Positions 12,829 through 24,850 of a DNA stretch of 64,000 nucleotides are shown here, piece after piece; position 1 is the first letter of the stretch, and the number at the start of each line of letters is the position of its first letter. The translations under genes and the position numbers were made by a program. The DNA comes from Lingula anatina (Eukaryota; Animalia; Brachiopoda). The stretch lies in NCBI GenBank assembly GCA_051362555.1, contig JBPQGU010000016.1, positions 1,550,001 through 1,614,000 on the forward strand. The letters run 5' to 3'. A model generated the notes under the pieces. The model did not search any database. It was not told the DNA's origin and saw nothing but the letters and a program-made list of their open reading frames with translations.

Positions 12829-13422
12829 ATCTAAACATTTCCTTTCTGATCATGTTTTATAAGTTATAATTACCGGTACTGGTACGTCATAAATCGCTGG
12901 CGCTGATAAAATACATGATAATATTGGTCTACATTAAGGCATAGCTAGGCTATACTACCCCTACCTGTACGACCAACTGCTAAAATAAGACATTGAATAG
13001 TAAGGTGAGTGTACATTGAAAATAGGTCGATCCTTCTGTGTTATCGGGCGTGTGCCACCGGTTGAGATACATGTAAAGGTGGAAGGGAAGAAAGAATTAA
13101 GGTACTTCCAGTTTGTGCGCAGTCTATCGGAATCTACAGTTGAGGGTGGTGCCGAGAGGGGGAAGGGGGGGGGGGTGGCGTTGGACGTCGATCCAACTGT
13201 CAAGTCGACACGTCTTTTTGCATGCGTGACAATATGATACTTAAAGGACTGAATAGGGAGTTAGTTAATAGGGTAAAAATTAATTACTGCATTTCTGTAT
13301 TATTGTTCTCATTTATTTATTTGTTCATTTATTTATTTGTTTGTTTGTTTGTTTGCTCATTTTTTTATTTATTGTCTTTTTTGTTTTGACTGAAACGTTT
13401 ACCATTGGATTACAGGGCCAAG

Positions 13423-14932
13423 ATGGCAGCTAGCATTGTTGTCGATACAGCAGCCGCTCTGTCTGAGGTAAATAAAGCCCTGCAGAATATCAAGGAAGGC
13501 CTTTATCAAGTCAAGGTACGTTATTATAGCGGAATCAGTCTTACTCGTGAATATTTAAATGTATTAATTCGTTGTATAAAGACAGTGCATCCGTGCGTTG
13601 TCTTTTAAGTTAAAAATCAAAACCTGTAACATCACTGACAGTGAATCCTCTCTAGGCATCAGTTGTTTAATTATGCATGGCATGATCTAGCTTATTAATA
13701 TGACAATAAGGAAAACGTACCCTAGGTTCTAGATTCCGGTATTGCCAGCTCGATCTTGATCTCATATATAACCCATATCAGCAATATAGTAAAAGCGACT
13801 CCATCACAAGGTATATTTAACAAGCTAGCTTTTACGTTGCTCTGACACTCAGGATAGGAAAACGGGGACGTCGATGAAATTTTTACAGAAAAAAATAATT
13901 CACGGAAAACCCCTACTGACACGTCGACGGTGTCGTGTGTGATAAACCGATTCTGATTCATAACATAAATTATACACGTACATGTATTCCTATCATAGTA
14001 AATAATCTAGAATGATATAAATTATGACGTGATTGCTGACTTAGGCCTACTATTAAAAGACCAGCGCCTTTCTTCTTATAGGTCTCTCAGACGGATGCTA
14101 CCGAGCTGCAAAGAAAACTCGAAGGAGAGTTGTTTGAAAAGTGGGAAGAGGGCTGTGAGGTGATGGCAGCCAAGAACATTGCCATTGCAAACATAACACA
14201 GTATCTGGATCATATGCAGAAAGCCTACGAAGGTATAGTGACATCAGATTTTTTTTCTTTTGGGGGGGGGGGGGGGGGGGATTAAACAGACAGATAAATT
14301 GATAAATCATAGTCAAGCAAAAAGTTATCAGTTTTCAGATAAATAAATAGACAGGTAATTGAAAACAAACAAACAAATAAATACATTTTTCTCGTACGTG
14401 TAGCCAAGCTAAATAGCTGAGTGCTTATGAATATGGATCTTTCAAAAACATTTTTAGACTAAATAGGCCTATGTGCCTTTTTTATCTTTCTATTGCTACA
14501 GGCATAGACGCCGACATGCGGGAGAAAATGAACGGAATCCATTGGTCCGAAGACTGGCACTACAAGATCATGGAATTCAAGTTCAACAAGAAAGATCAGT
14601 CGGGAGCCAGGTACGGGATGGTGGCCTTCGGAAAGTCCGCTGACGGTCAGTCCGTCGACTGCATGTACGTCCTGTACAAAATGGACTTCAAGATCGCCCC
14701 GCAGAGGATCGTCACGGAGAAGAATCACAGCGCTGTCTTTGGTCTTTTCCAATGGACCACCCACGAAGAGAAAATTGTAGAAAGAGATCTCGGGCTTAAG
14801 TCTGTCCAGCTGCTTCAGAACTTCTTTCGCGTGAAGGCTCTCCAAGGGTTCTACAAAGAGGGGGTGATAGATTCCATCAACTATGTACCTTCCATAGAAG
14901 ATGTTGGGGAAGCCATAATAGACGCACAGTAG
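13423..14932 (+). CDS. Uncharacterised 224-aa protein; exons 13423-13515, 14082-14232, 14502-14932 (possible non-coding exon ending 13004)
   Basis: GT-AG introns with phases 0 and 1 give an open 675-nt CDS MAASIVVD...YQVK|VSQTD...KAYE|GIDAD...IIDAQ*. The exons are GC-richer than their flanks. No family recognised. Confidence 0.8.
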
Positions 14933-16240
14933 TGAATTAGAATTGACAGTAACAATCCTGATATTGAATGATATTGAAAGTGGAACCAGTTTAGATGCAT
15001 GACTCAGCAGTACTTGTTCTACAACGATATATAAATACTTTTACTTTTACTTGTGATTTTTTGTGGGGTTTTCGTTTCGTATGCACTTTTTAATGCAAAG
15101 ATAATTTGAAAAAAAAAATCCATCTTACAGCCGAACACGTACATAGGCAATATATGCACGAACAATTAATTTTTTTGTCTAAATCAACAACCTATAGTTA
15201 TGCGTGTAACTCTATAGGCCCCTATATTTAAGTGTCCGTCGTAATTTTGAAGAGTGTTTTCCAAATCTTCAGGGCCTTAAGGCGAAATTAATTCTTGGGT
15301 GGGGGGGGAGGGGGGGGGGCGGGGGGACTACAATGCATGCTGACGATTAGTACCTACTGCACATGACCCTCGTCTAGACGCCTACTGAAGACAAGGTACT
15401 GTGTATGAGACTCTCGAAGAGCTTAGACAAAGGATAAGAAATTTCCCTCCAACCACCCCCTCCTCTTTGATACCTGTGGCCCAGTAGCAGAAATAATAGT
15501 TTTGTTATCTAAAAAGTTATTATAGTGTATTAGGCCCTCAATATAATGAGCAATATTAATTATCTGCCACATCGAGGTTGATTCATCCAAATACTTATAC
15601 ATTGTACCTGAACTTTCGGTTTTTAGATAAAAAGAATGCCGCATAAGTACACCTAGCGACGGTTCTATAACCCTTGATTCCACTGCATGTACAAAGTGTC
15701 CCCTATAAGTACACCAAATCATTCAGTATTTTTAATTTGTTAAAAATGTGTAGTTTTATACAGAATAGGACTGCTCCCTGCTAGATTTCACCATTAAAGA
15801 GATTCTTTTCTGGTCTTTAAACAAAGTGGGCGTTAAAGAAAGAAAGAGAGAAGAGAAACTGTTTGCTCAGTGTCATATTTTGATTTTTTGTGTGTACAAG
15901 TATGAGGCAATAAATATATTTTAGGGCCGCTGTTTTTCTTTTGTATCGGTCTACACCCAGCCTTCCTGACAATGATGGTAAATGAATTTATTTATCAGCA
16001 GTCGCCAGCGTTTTTTGCTTATAAGAAAAACTGTTGATTTTCAAAAGAAAAACTACTGATTTTCAATAGCCTGTATATTTTTCGACTGATTTATAATTCC
16101 ACCGTACAAAGAACTTGACCAGATGTTCGTTTATATTTGTAGCGATCAGCAAGCCCATTAACTACAGTTGAAATAATGGCACGAATAATGTTATTGAAAG
16201 TGAAACTTTAAAAAGTCCGTTTTCTGGAAAACCGGGTTAA

Positions 16241-16645
16241 ATGCATGACTCAGCAGTACTTGTTCTACAACTATAACTTGGAATTTTTATGTGGGCTTTT
16301 CGTTTCGTATGCACTTTTTAATGCAAAGATATTTGAAAAAATCCATTTCAAAGCCGAACACGTTATATAGGCTGTATACAGATGTACAATTTATTTTTTC
16401 GTCTAAATCAATATCGTATTACTGTTCTTGGAATGCTATATGGTTTAGTGTCCGTCGTAAATTTGAAAAGTGTTTTCTATATCTTCAAGGCCTTCGGGAG
16501 AAATTAATGCTTTGGGTTGGGGGAGGCAAATCTTGAAAAAAGTTCGTTGTCTGGAAAACCAGGTTAAATGCATGACTCAGCGTCACTTTTCCTGTAACTT
16601 CAATGCCTTGGGGGTTTTTTTCTGTGGGCTTTTCGTTTCGTATCT
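16241..16645 (+). repeat. Local duplicates of the 3' UTR/flank of the 224-aa gene
   Basis: atgcatgactcagcagtacttgttctacaa...ttttcgtttcgtatgcactttttaatgcaaagata at 14995-15290 recurs at 16241-16530 and partially at 16568-16645. Confidence 0.8.
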
Positions 16646-16656
16646 GGCAGACAAAA

Positions 16657-16952
16657 GAGGGTCCCATTGGGGGTAGTGGTCACAGGGCATGGGCACTAAA
16701 TAATCAATTCACAAATCGCGGGAAATAAAATTTAAATAATATCTCACTGATAATGCGCGTCAATAATCCTGAAAATCAAGAATCACCGGGTATGATGATT
16801 TCGTTACACAAAAGATGAAGAATAAGAAGCCGCATTTACGATTCACGAGAATGGGTTTATCCACGAATCACGCAAAAAGAAAATGAACGTTTCTGGAGGA
16901 AACATTTATATACAGGCTTTCACAGGAAACAAAAATACCCTATGGGAGCCTC
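16657..16952. mobile_element. MITE with GAGG...CCTC termini and apparent 6-bp TSD
   Basis: gagggtcccattggggta / taccctatgggagcctc, with acaaaa directly on both sides. Confidence 0.65.
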
Positions 16953-17197
16953 ACAAAAGGCTCGTTTGCCCCATATAAGGGTCGAAGCAAAATAGTTTCG
17001 CAGGTTTAGGCTGTGTGTATTATATAGGTTATGGCACCAATCGGCAATCTTCGGCTGATTCCGCAAGCTCCATACTATATATCTGGGCTTGGCCCGCAGT
17101 TAGGATAAAGAGTTCGTGAAGATTTGAATTGTAAACGCACCTTCCTGTGGCAGCGCTATTAATTCACGGTGATGTGTATTAATTCACGGTGATGTTT

Positions 17198-17411
17198 GGG
17201 CGCATTCCCATATATTTTAGATCGATCTATCCCCGTGGGGAGTCTCACTAGATTACTGTCAGATAATCCGGCTTAAATGTCCGTCCCGCCTACTACAAGC
17301 TGTAATGGGGTAATTAACTTTCGTGCCCGCTCGGCTGACAGCTATTTAGCGTGAACCCCCAGGGAGTTAGGTCGATCTAGTTGGATCGATCTAATCTCTG
17401 GGAATGGGGTC
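17198..17411 (+). mobile_element. PIF/Harbinger-like MITE, family C, copy 1 (~214 bp)
   Basis: Near-identical to 44673-44886 and, in reverse, 63168-63395. Imperfect TIRs gggcgcattccca..tagatcgatc / gatcgatcta..tgggaatggggtc. Confidence 0.85.
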
Positions 17412-17447
17412 TTAGGCCTATATTTCAGGTATCGAAAGCGGTGAACT

Positions 17448-17486
<39 letters not shown>

Positions 17487-17756
17487 ATTGGTCATTATAA
17501 GGTTGTCCCACCAAAATTTTCATATGCTTTTATCTACAAATGTTCACATCACACGTGTTATTAAATTTATTATACTATATTTGACATGATTAATGGTGCA
17601 GGAAATACAAAAAAAAAGCGGTGAAAATATCCTTATTTTATACCATGCATTCAAATAAAGGCAAGCTGCGTCGCCTACAGGAGATAACTACAGTACACGG
17701 TATAAACACATGTTATAAGATATGTATGAGCACACCCTATTTTATTTGCAGATAAA

Positions 17757-17809
<53 letters not shown>

Positions 17810-17835
17810 TGTCGCCAATAAATTTCAGAGACAAG

Positions 17836-17937
17836 ATGGCTGCTTTGCATATTAATAATTTTGCACCAGAGGTAACAGCTTCTTTAGGACATCAGCGAGC
17901 TATGGAAACCATTGAGGAGAATCTTAGAAGAACCAAG
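17836..17937 (+). pseudogene. Probable remnant first coding exon of a paralog of the 224-aa gene
   Basis: Same layout as 13416-13515: acceptor AG, 7 nt ending caag, ATGGC, and a phase-0 K|GT end (MAALHINN...ENLRRTK vs MAASIVVD...EGLYQVK). A candidate next exon near 18494 has an in-frame TGA. Confidence 0.4.
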
Positions 17938-18417
17938 GTATGCACAAAAAATACAGGTACATGTAGTTGATGAATAATGTGCTTCAACAACCAGCTTAAT
18001 TTTGCATTACCATATATATAAATGTATGTTCCTTTATTGAGCATAAGAAATACACGAGTACATTGATTGACAAATAAACATGAAAACAACTTTAAAAAAA
18101 CGACTTAAGAATACCATACTATAAGCAACTATAACGCAAAAAAACAACATTTTAAATGAATTTCATAAATTTGCTATACGCCCATATAGACCATAAATTT
18201 AAGAAAGCTTGAGATCAATTATCTCCAAAAATAATCTATAAAATCCATATAAAATAGAAGCAGACTTTGGCTCACTCTCAGATTCAGTACACCTGCCCTT
18301 TTAAAACTCCCAAGGTTTCTTCCTGCTGTTGTTTGTTTGTAAATCAGATGAATGAAATTCTCAGAATCACTTCCAAACGCCTTGGGCCGCTGAATATGTG
18401 TCTCGAAAATTTAACAA

Positions 18418-18454
<37 letters not shown>

Positions 18455-19217
18455 ACTAAACGACTGGAGATTTTAACAGAATATTTCTTATCAGGCAGAG
18501 GCACTTGATTGACTAGCAGCTAATCAACCTCCAGAAGAACTTAAAGGGATAATAACTCTTCGTATGATATCTTTATTTCACAATAAAAACATTGTTAACA
18601 ACTCATAGAAATATAATATATTCTGTTTTGCCACAAAAACAGCAGTTATAGCTATTATTCTGGTATCTGAGCTTGTCTTCAGATCACGTGACTTCCATTG
18701 ATGGCTGTACTCTGTTATAATCTCTTAAGAGATTTTAATGAAAAACCAAACTTTTTAGAAAAAAACCACTGACTAACTTTGAATGCAAAAATGGATTCAT
18801 TAACCATTGGTAAGTATGGGAAAATTGTTGTTTACTCCAGGAAAATTCATTTTTTGGCCAAAACGAAGAGTGATTATCCCTTTAATGAACAACACCCAGT
18901 CCCAGACATGAATTCGACGAATTTCAACCTCACAGACGCCGAGATCCAGACATTCATAAAATTTATTGTGGAAGGCAGGGAAGGTAATATGGTTGGTTGG
19001 TTGGGTTAACATAATCGGGAAATAAAATACACCATAAATTATCATCTGCTTATAATGGAGGTATCCGAAAAAAAGAAAGAAAATAAAACAATATGCAATA
19101 TCCGGTATATAGAAATGTTCCCATCAACGTTCCCGGATCTACGATGCCTAAAAAATAAACTAAAATCAACGTAGTGACTCATTCAGAGACGACACTCCAC
19201 GCTGATTATATACCAGT

Positions 19218-20800
19218 ATGCGTCTCCTCGTTTTCGCCCTTGTCCTGTGTGCAGGTGCTCTTGTTTGTGGGAAGAAGATTACACGACTGACAAGATGCCT
19301 AAAATGTGGAGAGGACCACAGGATAAGTAAGGAATGTCCTTTTGCTAAGTTATTTTTGTTCGAGGTTTTAAATAGAGATATATTGGAAATTTTCCGGCTG
19401 TCGCCTGAAACCACGCAGTGATTTCACAAGGTCCTTTTTTCCATAGACCACATTTCTGGGGTATATATAGACATTTGCCTATATCAACGTAAGTTGATTC
19501 AATGTGAAAGTATCTGGATTGTTTATTGTTAATATCCTTATTGTATGTGTATCTCTGTTGATCAACTTGATAGTCGATAGGGTAAGTACAAAGAGCGTAG
19601 GGGCCATGCTGTTGTCTGTTAAGAAAACTGCACCGTTGTGGTAATACTCATACATGCAAAAATATTAAATAATTGTCAAATTGTCATAGTTCATTAATAA
19701 CGTGGACTCAGTGATAACTGTACTGGTATTAGTATTTTTATGAATACACGCACCATTTCGATAAGTTCAACTAAGTTCCGTTTGGACGCGGTGAGTGCAT
19801 GCAGCCAAGCTGACGAAATGCTGCGTGCGATTACAGGATTTTAATGCATCACGTGTGTCTTGTTATGAACTTCACTACGGTAATTGCCCCAACAATGGAT
19901 AATAATGTTCAATTTATTATTATCAATTTTATGATTGTAATAATGTCATTAGTATTAGTGTATCACCATTAGTACTGTAATCAGGAATTTGAAACACTAT
20001 TAAGTATAATACAGGCTGCATCAGCCTATTCTACAGCAATTAAGCCATTATGTCAGGGGTCACTTCATATTCATGGGATTCTGCATATTCCACAGTGTAG
20101 AAGGATTTTGGTATTGTTAAGATCAGTAAGAGACTGCATCATTTCATACTTTTGAATTCATGACTATCGTTTCAGTGCAGGGATGGCAGCGACTGGAAGG
20201 TGCCTGCAGCATTGATCAATGTCACTACACCATTGTGGAGGACATTTGCGTTGACGATGGGTTTGATTGCATGTAAGTCCGTTCTCCGAAAAATCCAAAT
20301 TACGGTTTGGTTCCAGAAGTAGCTACAGGGGCGGATCCAGAGATATTTTATGACAGTCCGCCAAATTATCTTTGTTGATACATCTCCCATTTTTGACTGT
20401 CTTCCTATAGAAAAAAAGTAGATGCCCAACACTGTAAACTTTAAAATTCTGTCCGGCTTCCGGAAAACCCTCGCAGGCCAGAAGACGGCCCCTGAGTAGT
20501 ACATGTAGAAGCAGCCGAAAAAAAGTAGACACAGTAGTATCTGAGACGGCTTGGGCAATATGACTGAACTTTAGTGAAGGGTCGAAAATGATTCAGTAAA
20601 TAAGTACCCCCCCCCCCCCCCCGTCTCTCCGCTTCTAATATTTATTCACACATTTATTAATTGTGATCGTTTAATGGCATTGCACATGTGTGGTTTCTCG
20701 TTTCAGTATCGGCTGCGGTTGTCGAGGAATTTGTAAAAACCCAAGGAATGACGAATGTTTCTACGCTTTCTTAGAGGGTGAAACTTTGCCCCAGCAGTAA
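19218..20800 (+). CDS. Small secreted cysteine-rich protein; exons 19218-19326, 19447-19488 (symmetric phase 1-1), 20176-20272, 20707-20800; 113 aa (99 aa without the 42-nt exon)
   Basis: Signal peptide MRLLVFALVLCAGALVCG. Donors gtaagg/gtaagt/gtaagt and pyrimidine-rich acceptors join in phase to KKITRLTRCLKCGEDHRI-NHISGVYIDICLYQ-LQGWQRLEGACSIDQCHYTIVEDICVDDGFDC-IIGCGCRGICKNPRNDECFYAFLEGETLPQQ*. Confidence 0.65.
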
Positions 20801-22437
20801 ATGTACCCTCTGTCTGTGTCGTATGAACCGCGATAAATGGAGTCGAATACATCGGCATCTATCAGACATGTTTCCTTTTTGTCAAACAAAGTGGTATGCA
20901 TTATGTATTCCTGAATTAACAATAAAGTCTAGTTACTTTTAGTTAAGTTTCATTCTTTTTTTTTCCCAACAGATAGTCCGAAATTAACAACGTCCTTAAC
21001 ATAGAATGAAGATCGAGAGGAAATTATTGAACATTAAAAAGAAAGGTTTCGTGTTCTTATATTTAAAAGAACAAAACGAAATAAGCCACAGCGAGACTAG
21101 CAAAAAAAAAATCGTTATCTATCAATTGTTATCATTTCCAAACGAGGAGCATTCCTTATGTCATCAAGAAAAAACATGGAGAGATCCAGTGTCACTGCCC
21201 TATCGAATATAAAAACCACATGTTAAGGTTCACTGAACCTTCATGCTAATTTCAATTCTTATGACATGATTTTCGTATTGAAATAACAGACGGCATCAAA
21301 GGGCACAACAAATGTAAACCTTAGGGCTCAAACGGTTGGCATTTATTGCGTTATACAAATTGATTGCGTATGCATGCAAAGCTAATGGTATCTGAATGAT
21401 AATACAACCAAATCTTTGGGTTAAGATCAGTCTGAAAACCCCGAAAAAAACGTATAAGCATATATTAGACGTCTCCACAAATCGATAAGGTTTGTTGATA
21501 TGTCGAATTTTAAAACATAAATGTTAAAACATAAATGTTCTTTTTGAAATTCGACAGTAATTACACGTTTTCAGCCTCAATACTTCTCGGCACATGACAC
21601 AGGACCTAATACAACATAAACCCTCTGCTAAGGCTACGGACTATCTATGTGTATTTTTCTTCGGTGCGAACAGCAGAGAATCGTGTCATTAATAAGCCAG
21701 ATACATAGATATGTGAAAATCTAGTAAAAAATCAATCTGCGGCCCTGGTTAAGTGTTGTCAGCTGGGAGGGTTTGGGCTTTTAAAAGTCAGATTTACACT
21801 TCGACATATAACGCCACGGGTCGTGGGTACGTTAAGGTGCATGTACACAATCCCCCACCCTAACCCACCCGTCGCTAACACCTTTGTTAAGATACAGTTA
21901 TCTATTGATTTTCTTGTTGCATTATTAGCACCACTATCACGAATATTCGACTATGATACTCACGTATAATTTGTAAATCTCACCAGACATCGACGCTTCA
22001 GGTATCTATGATTGATTCACAATATAGATTAAATGCACATATAATATAACAAACAAGCACGATAAAACACATAAATGAAGAATTTCTGTGCGCGTCATTG
22101 AAATTATTCCATCCATCAGTTCTGCAAGTGATAGCAAGCAATTTGAAAAGTTGGGGTTCTTTTTTTTCTGAAACAAAGATTCATTTTGCCCAATAAGTCA
22201 TCCTTAGAAATAGCAGAAAATTATCTAGACTGTTTTTTCATTGAGGGTGGACATTTGCCGGCAAAAAAGAGCAGTCCTTACTTACCCCACCCTTACAACT
22301 CCAAACTACATGCAGTTGTTTAACATGGGCAAATGAATACGAATAATATAACATGCACAAAGTACAGCATTATTTTTGTAGACTACCGTAAATGAAATCA
22401 TGAACAAAACAAAGTGACGGGTGATCTGAATGGCTTA

Positions 22438-22979
22438 AGCCTCGGTCACAACCGGCCGCACGGGCTCTTACGGCCTGGTTACGTCCAAATTTTTCGCAGA
22501 ATCTCAAGTGCCGCGCAAGTCATTCTTGCGTAATTTAAAGTCCGCAGACAGCCCGTAAGCACGTACGGAGGATGTTGCACATGTCCAAAAGATTCTACGA
22601 ATAATTTGCGAACAGCGAGGCCGCAAACGCAACTTACTCACTCGCAAGGAGTTCGCGAGACGTGGACATAATGAGTGACCATGGCGAGAAGTTCGCAAGT
22701 GAGACGTGCGTGGTACAAGACGCACGTCGCAAGCAATGAAAGAGCAAGTGCCCGTTGCGTGTTGAGTGCGGCGCGCGCCCTCACAGCTAACAAAGTCAAA
22801 AGCACCGCGGAAGTGCGTCGCCCCTACGCCAGGAGTATAAAAGGCGTCCTCCCGATACATGCTCATGTCAAGGCAAATAACGTCGCTTGTGCAAGGTGTA
22901 CATCATTTCACAAATTTCAAAATTTGCTCAATTCAGCTTCTAATATGCCTCCAAAAGGCGTCCGGTTGTGACCGACGCT
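22438..22979. mobile_element. PIF/Harbinger-like non-autonomous element (542 bp), unit 1 only
   Basis: TIRs agcctcggtcacaaccgg / ccggttgtgaccgacgct; TTA TSD (22435-22437, 22980-22982). The empty site ggcttacatacatg is seen in unit 3 near 36035. Confidence 0.9.
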
Positions 22980-23180
22980 TTACATACATGTAAATGTTTC
23001 AGCTGCCCGACGAGTCTTGTATCGTTGACCAATGAAAACGAACAGGCAGCATATGCATATCAAATGATGATAAGGAGATACCTTATTGTCAACACAAGCA
23101 GAACTCAAATAAAATCATCAATTGTACAATTATCGCCGTCATCATATATTGTATAATGTATTGTATATTAAGTCTCCAGA

Positions 23181-24368
23181 TTACATGTAGTCATTGATAC
23201 TGGGAATCGGAGGTTGAATATCGTTTGCTTCACTGATACTGGGGACCGGGTCTGGGATACTGTTTGGTACCGTCGACGATTTTCGAGATCGGTTCTGTCT
23301 TCTCTTGCAAACGCACAACAGCGTTACTCCCGCCACTGCGGGAATCAACACAGCTAAAAACACCCCAACTACCACGACTGTTGGCATACCGTTTTCTCTG
23401 TCTGTTTTCTTAATATTCTTACGGATGTTTCCACACGTTCCTTCCTCTTCAAACGCCAAGTGTTTTAAAAATGGCGCGTTGCAACGACAGTCCAAGGTAT
23501 CACCGGGTCCAAAGTTTAGATACAATGTATTTTTAGAGTTTACACTGATCTGAAATAGTGGACATTTATCTAAAGATTCTGGATCCTGACGACTGAGATC
23601 TGACAAATCAAGCTGTGCTAACAGTGACATATCTGGCGGTATGCTTATCAATTTGTTCCCAGACAAAAACAGCTTTTCAAGATTATTTAGACTGCGGAAA
23701 AGAGAAAAGTTAAGAAGACGGATGAAGTTATTTCTTAAAAACAGATTTTGCAAGTCTCTTAAATACTTTATTCCAGGTGGAACCTCTGTAAGTAAGTTGT
23801 CATCCATATCAAGATCCCGTAAAACGGTGAGTTTCTGAAAGGCTTGTGGATCTACTGCTTTGATCGAGTTGCCGGTCAAGTATAAACGCTGAAGACTAGT
23901 AAGGTATCGAATATCAAAGGGCACCTGCGTGAGTCTGTTCCTCATGAAAGACAAAGAATAAAGACGCTGAAGATTTTGCAATAATTCAGGTTCGACATCG
24001 CGTATCCAATTCATGGAGAGAAAAAGGCTGAAAATATGAACCAATCCTCTCACCTCTGACGGCACTTTTTCAAGGAAAGTGCCGTGCAATGAGAGCGATC
24101 TGAGGTCTTTCAAGTCATCCAGCGCTTTTGTGTTTTCAAGTTTAACTCCGGACATAGAGAGCATCAGGATGACACTTTTGTTATCGAATATTGGAATTGT
24201 ACGTAGATTACTGCAAAAAGTCTGGATTCCCAATATCCCATCTACTTTGGTGCTGAGACAAGTACAGGGTGGCAGGCAAGGGTCTTGCACCAAGGTCATT
24301 GCTACCATCACCTGGACGGCTAAACACAATGCAGCACTCTTTAGAACGCCCTGTCTTGTGAAAAGCAT
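23181..24368 (-). CDS. LRR type-I transmembrane receptor copy 1 (395 aa, short tail)
   Basis: Signal peptide, LRRNT (CLPPCTC..C), about 7-8 LxxLxLxxN repeats, LRRCT-like LDCRCN..C, TM helix VVVVGVFLAVLIPAVAGVTLLCVC, KRR stop-transfer; intronless CDS. Confidence 0.9.
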   Translation of the reverse strand: MLFTRQGVLKSAALCLAVQVMVAMTLVQDPCLPPCTCLSTKVDGILGIQTFCSNLRTIPIFDNKSVILMLSMSGVKLENTKALDDLKDLRSLSLHGTFLEKVPSEVRGLVHIFSLFLSMNWIRDVEPELLQNLQRLYSLSFMRNRLTQVPFDIRYLTSLQRLYLTGNSIKAVDPQAFQKLTVLRDLDMDDNLLTEVPPGIKYLRDLQNLFLRNNFIRLLNFSLFRSLNNLEKLFLSGNKLISIPPDMSLLAQLDLSDLSRQDPESLDKCPLFQISVNSKNTLYLNFGPGDTLDCRCNAPFLKHLAFEEEGTCGNIRKNIKKTDRENGMPTVVVVGVFLAVLIPAVAGVTLLCVCKRRQNRSRKSSTVPNSIPDPVPSISEANDIQPPIPSINDYM

Positions 24369-24619
24369 GACGGAAACAGCCTATCGGGTGATTTTTTTTT
24401 GCTCAATTGTTTCTCAGATTAATGACTTAAATCCTGTCTGATTAAAGCGTTCATGTATGATCGTGGATTATGGCGATCTACTCTTCTAAAGGACCGATGT
24501 TTTTCGTTGATGAGCAACTGTCTGTTTCTAGCGATCTGTTATGTTTTAACTGAAGCTGTTAGTCACAGATTTATGTGGCATTACAGCATAGAGGAAATGG
24601 TAGATTAAATTCCAAATAA

Positions 24620-24850
24620 GGGCGCATTCCCGTTAAAACTATTGTTCTTCATGGCTAGATCCATTAACCGATTGACAGATTGACAAGCATCCACCTGGCG
24701 TTGAGCAGAAATAAGAAAAAGCTGGTAATTACACATGTAAATTGGGAACAAAAGGCTCTATAATTTCCAGTCTGATTGATTAACTCAGCAAGAGTCCCCC
24801 AAATTTAGATCGATCTCCGTAAAACGGTGTTTTTAATGGGAATGAATCCC
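24620..24850. mobile_element. Old MITE ~250 bp upstream of the LRR ATG (also at ~31662-31928 and ~37688-37953)
   Basis: TIR-like ends gggcgcattcccgttaaaac / gtttttaatgggaatgaatccc; the terminus resembles MITE family C. Confidence 0.55.

Noticed and set aside
19296-19340. Retroviral Gag zinc knuckle (CLKCGEDHRISKEC)
   Set aside because: The spacing is not CX2CX4HX4C, the last Cys lies beyond a strong splice donor, and a signal peptide precedes it.
20172-20558. Minus-strand ORFs at 20172-20558 and their unit 2 counterparts at 27231-27740
   Set aside because: Frames are not conserved between units; they are antisense to the Cys-rich exons or lie in intron/MITE-like DNA (caggggcggatccag end at 20326).
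22504-22971. 120-aa and 98-aa ORFs
   Set aside because: They lie inside a GC-rich non-autonomous transposon and show no transposase or other motif.
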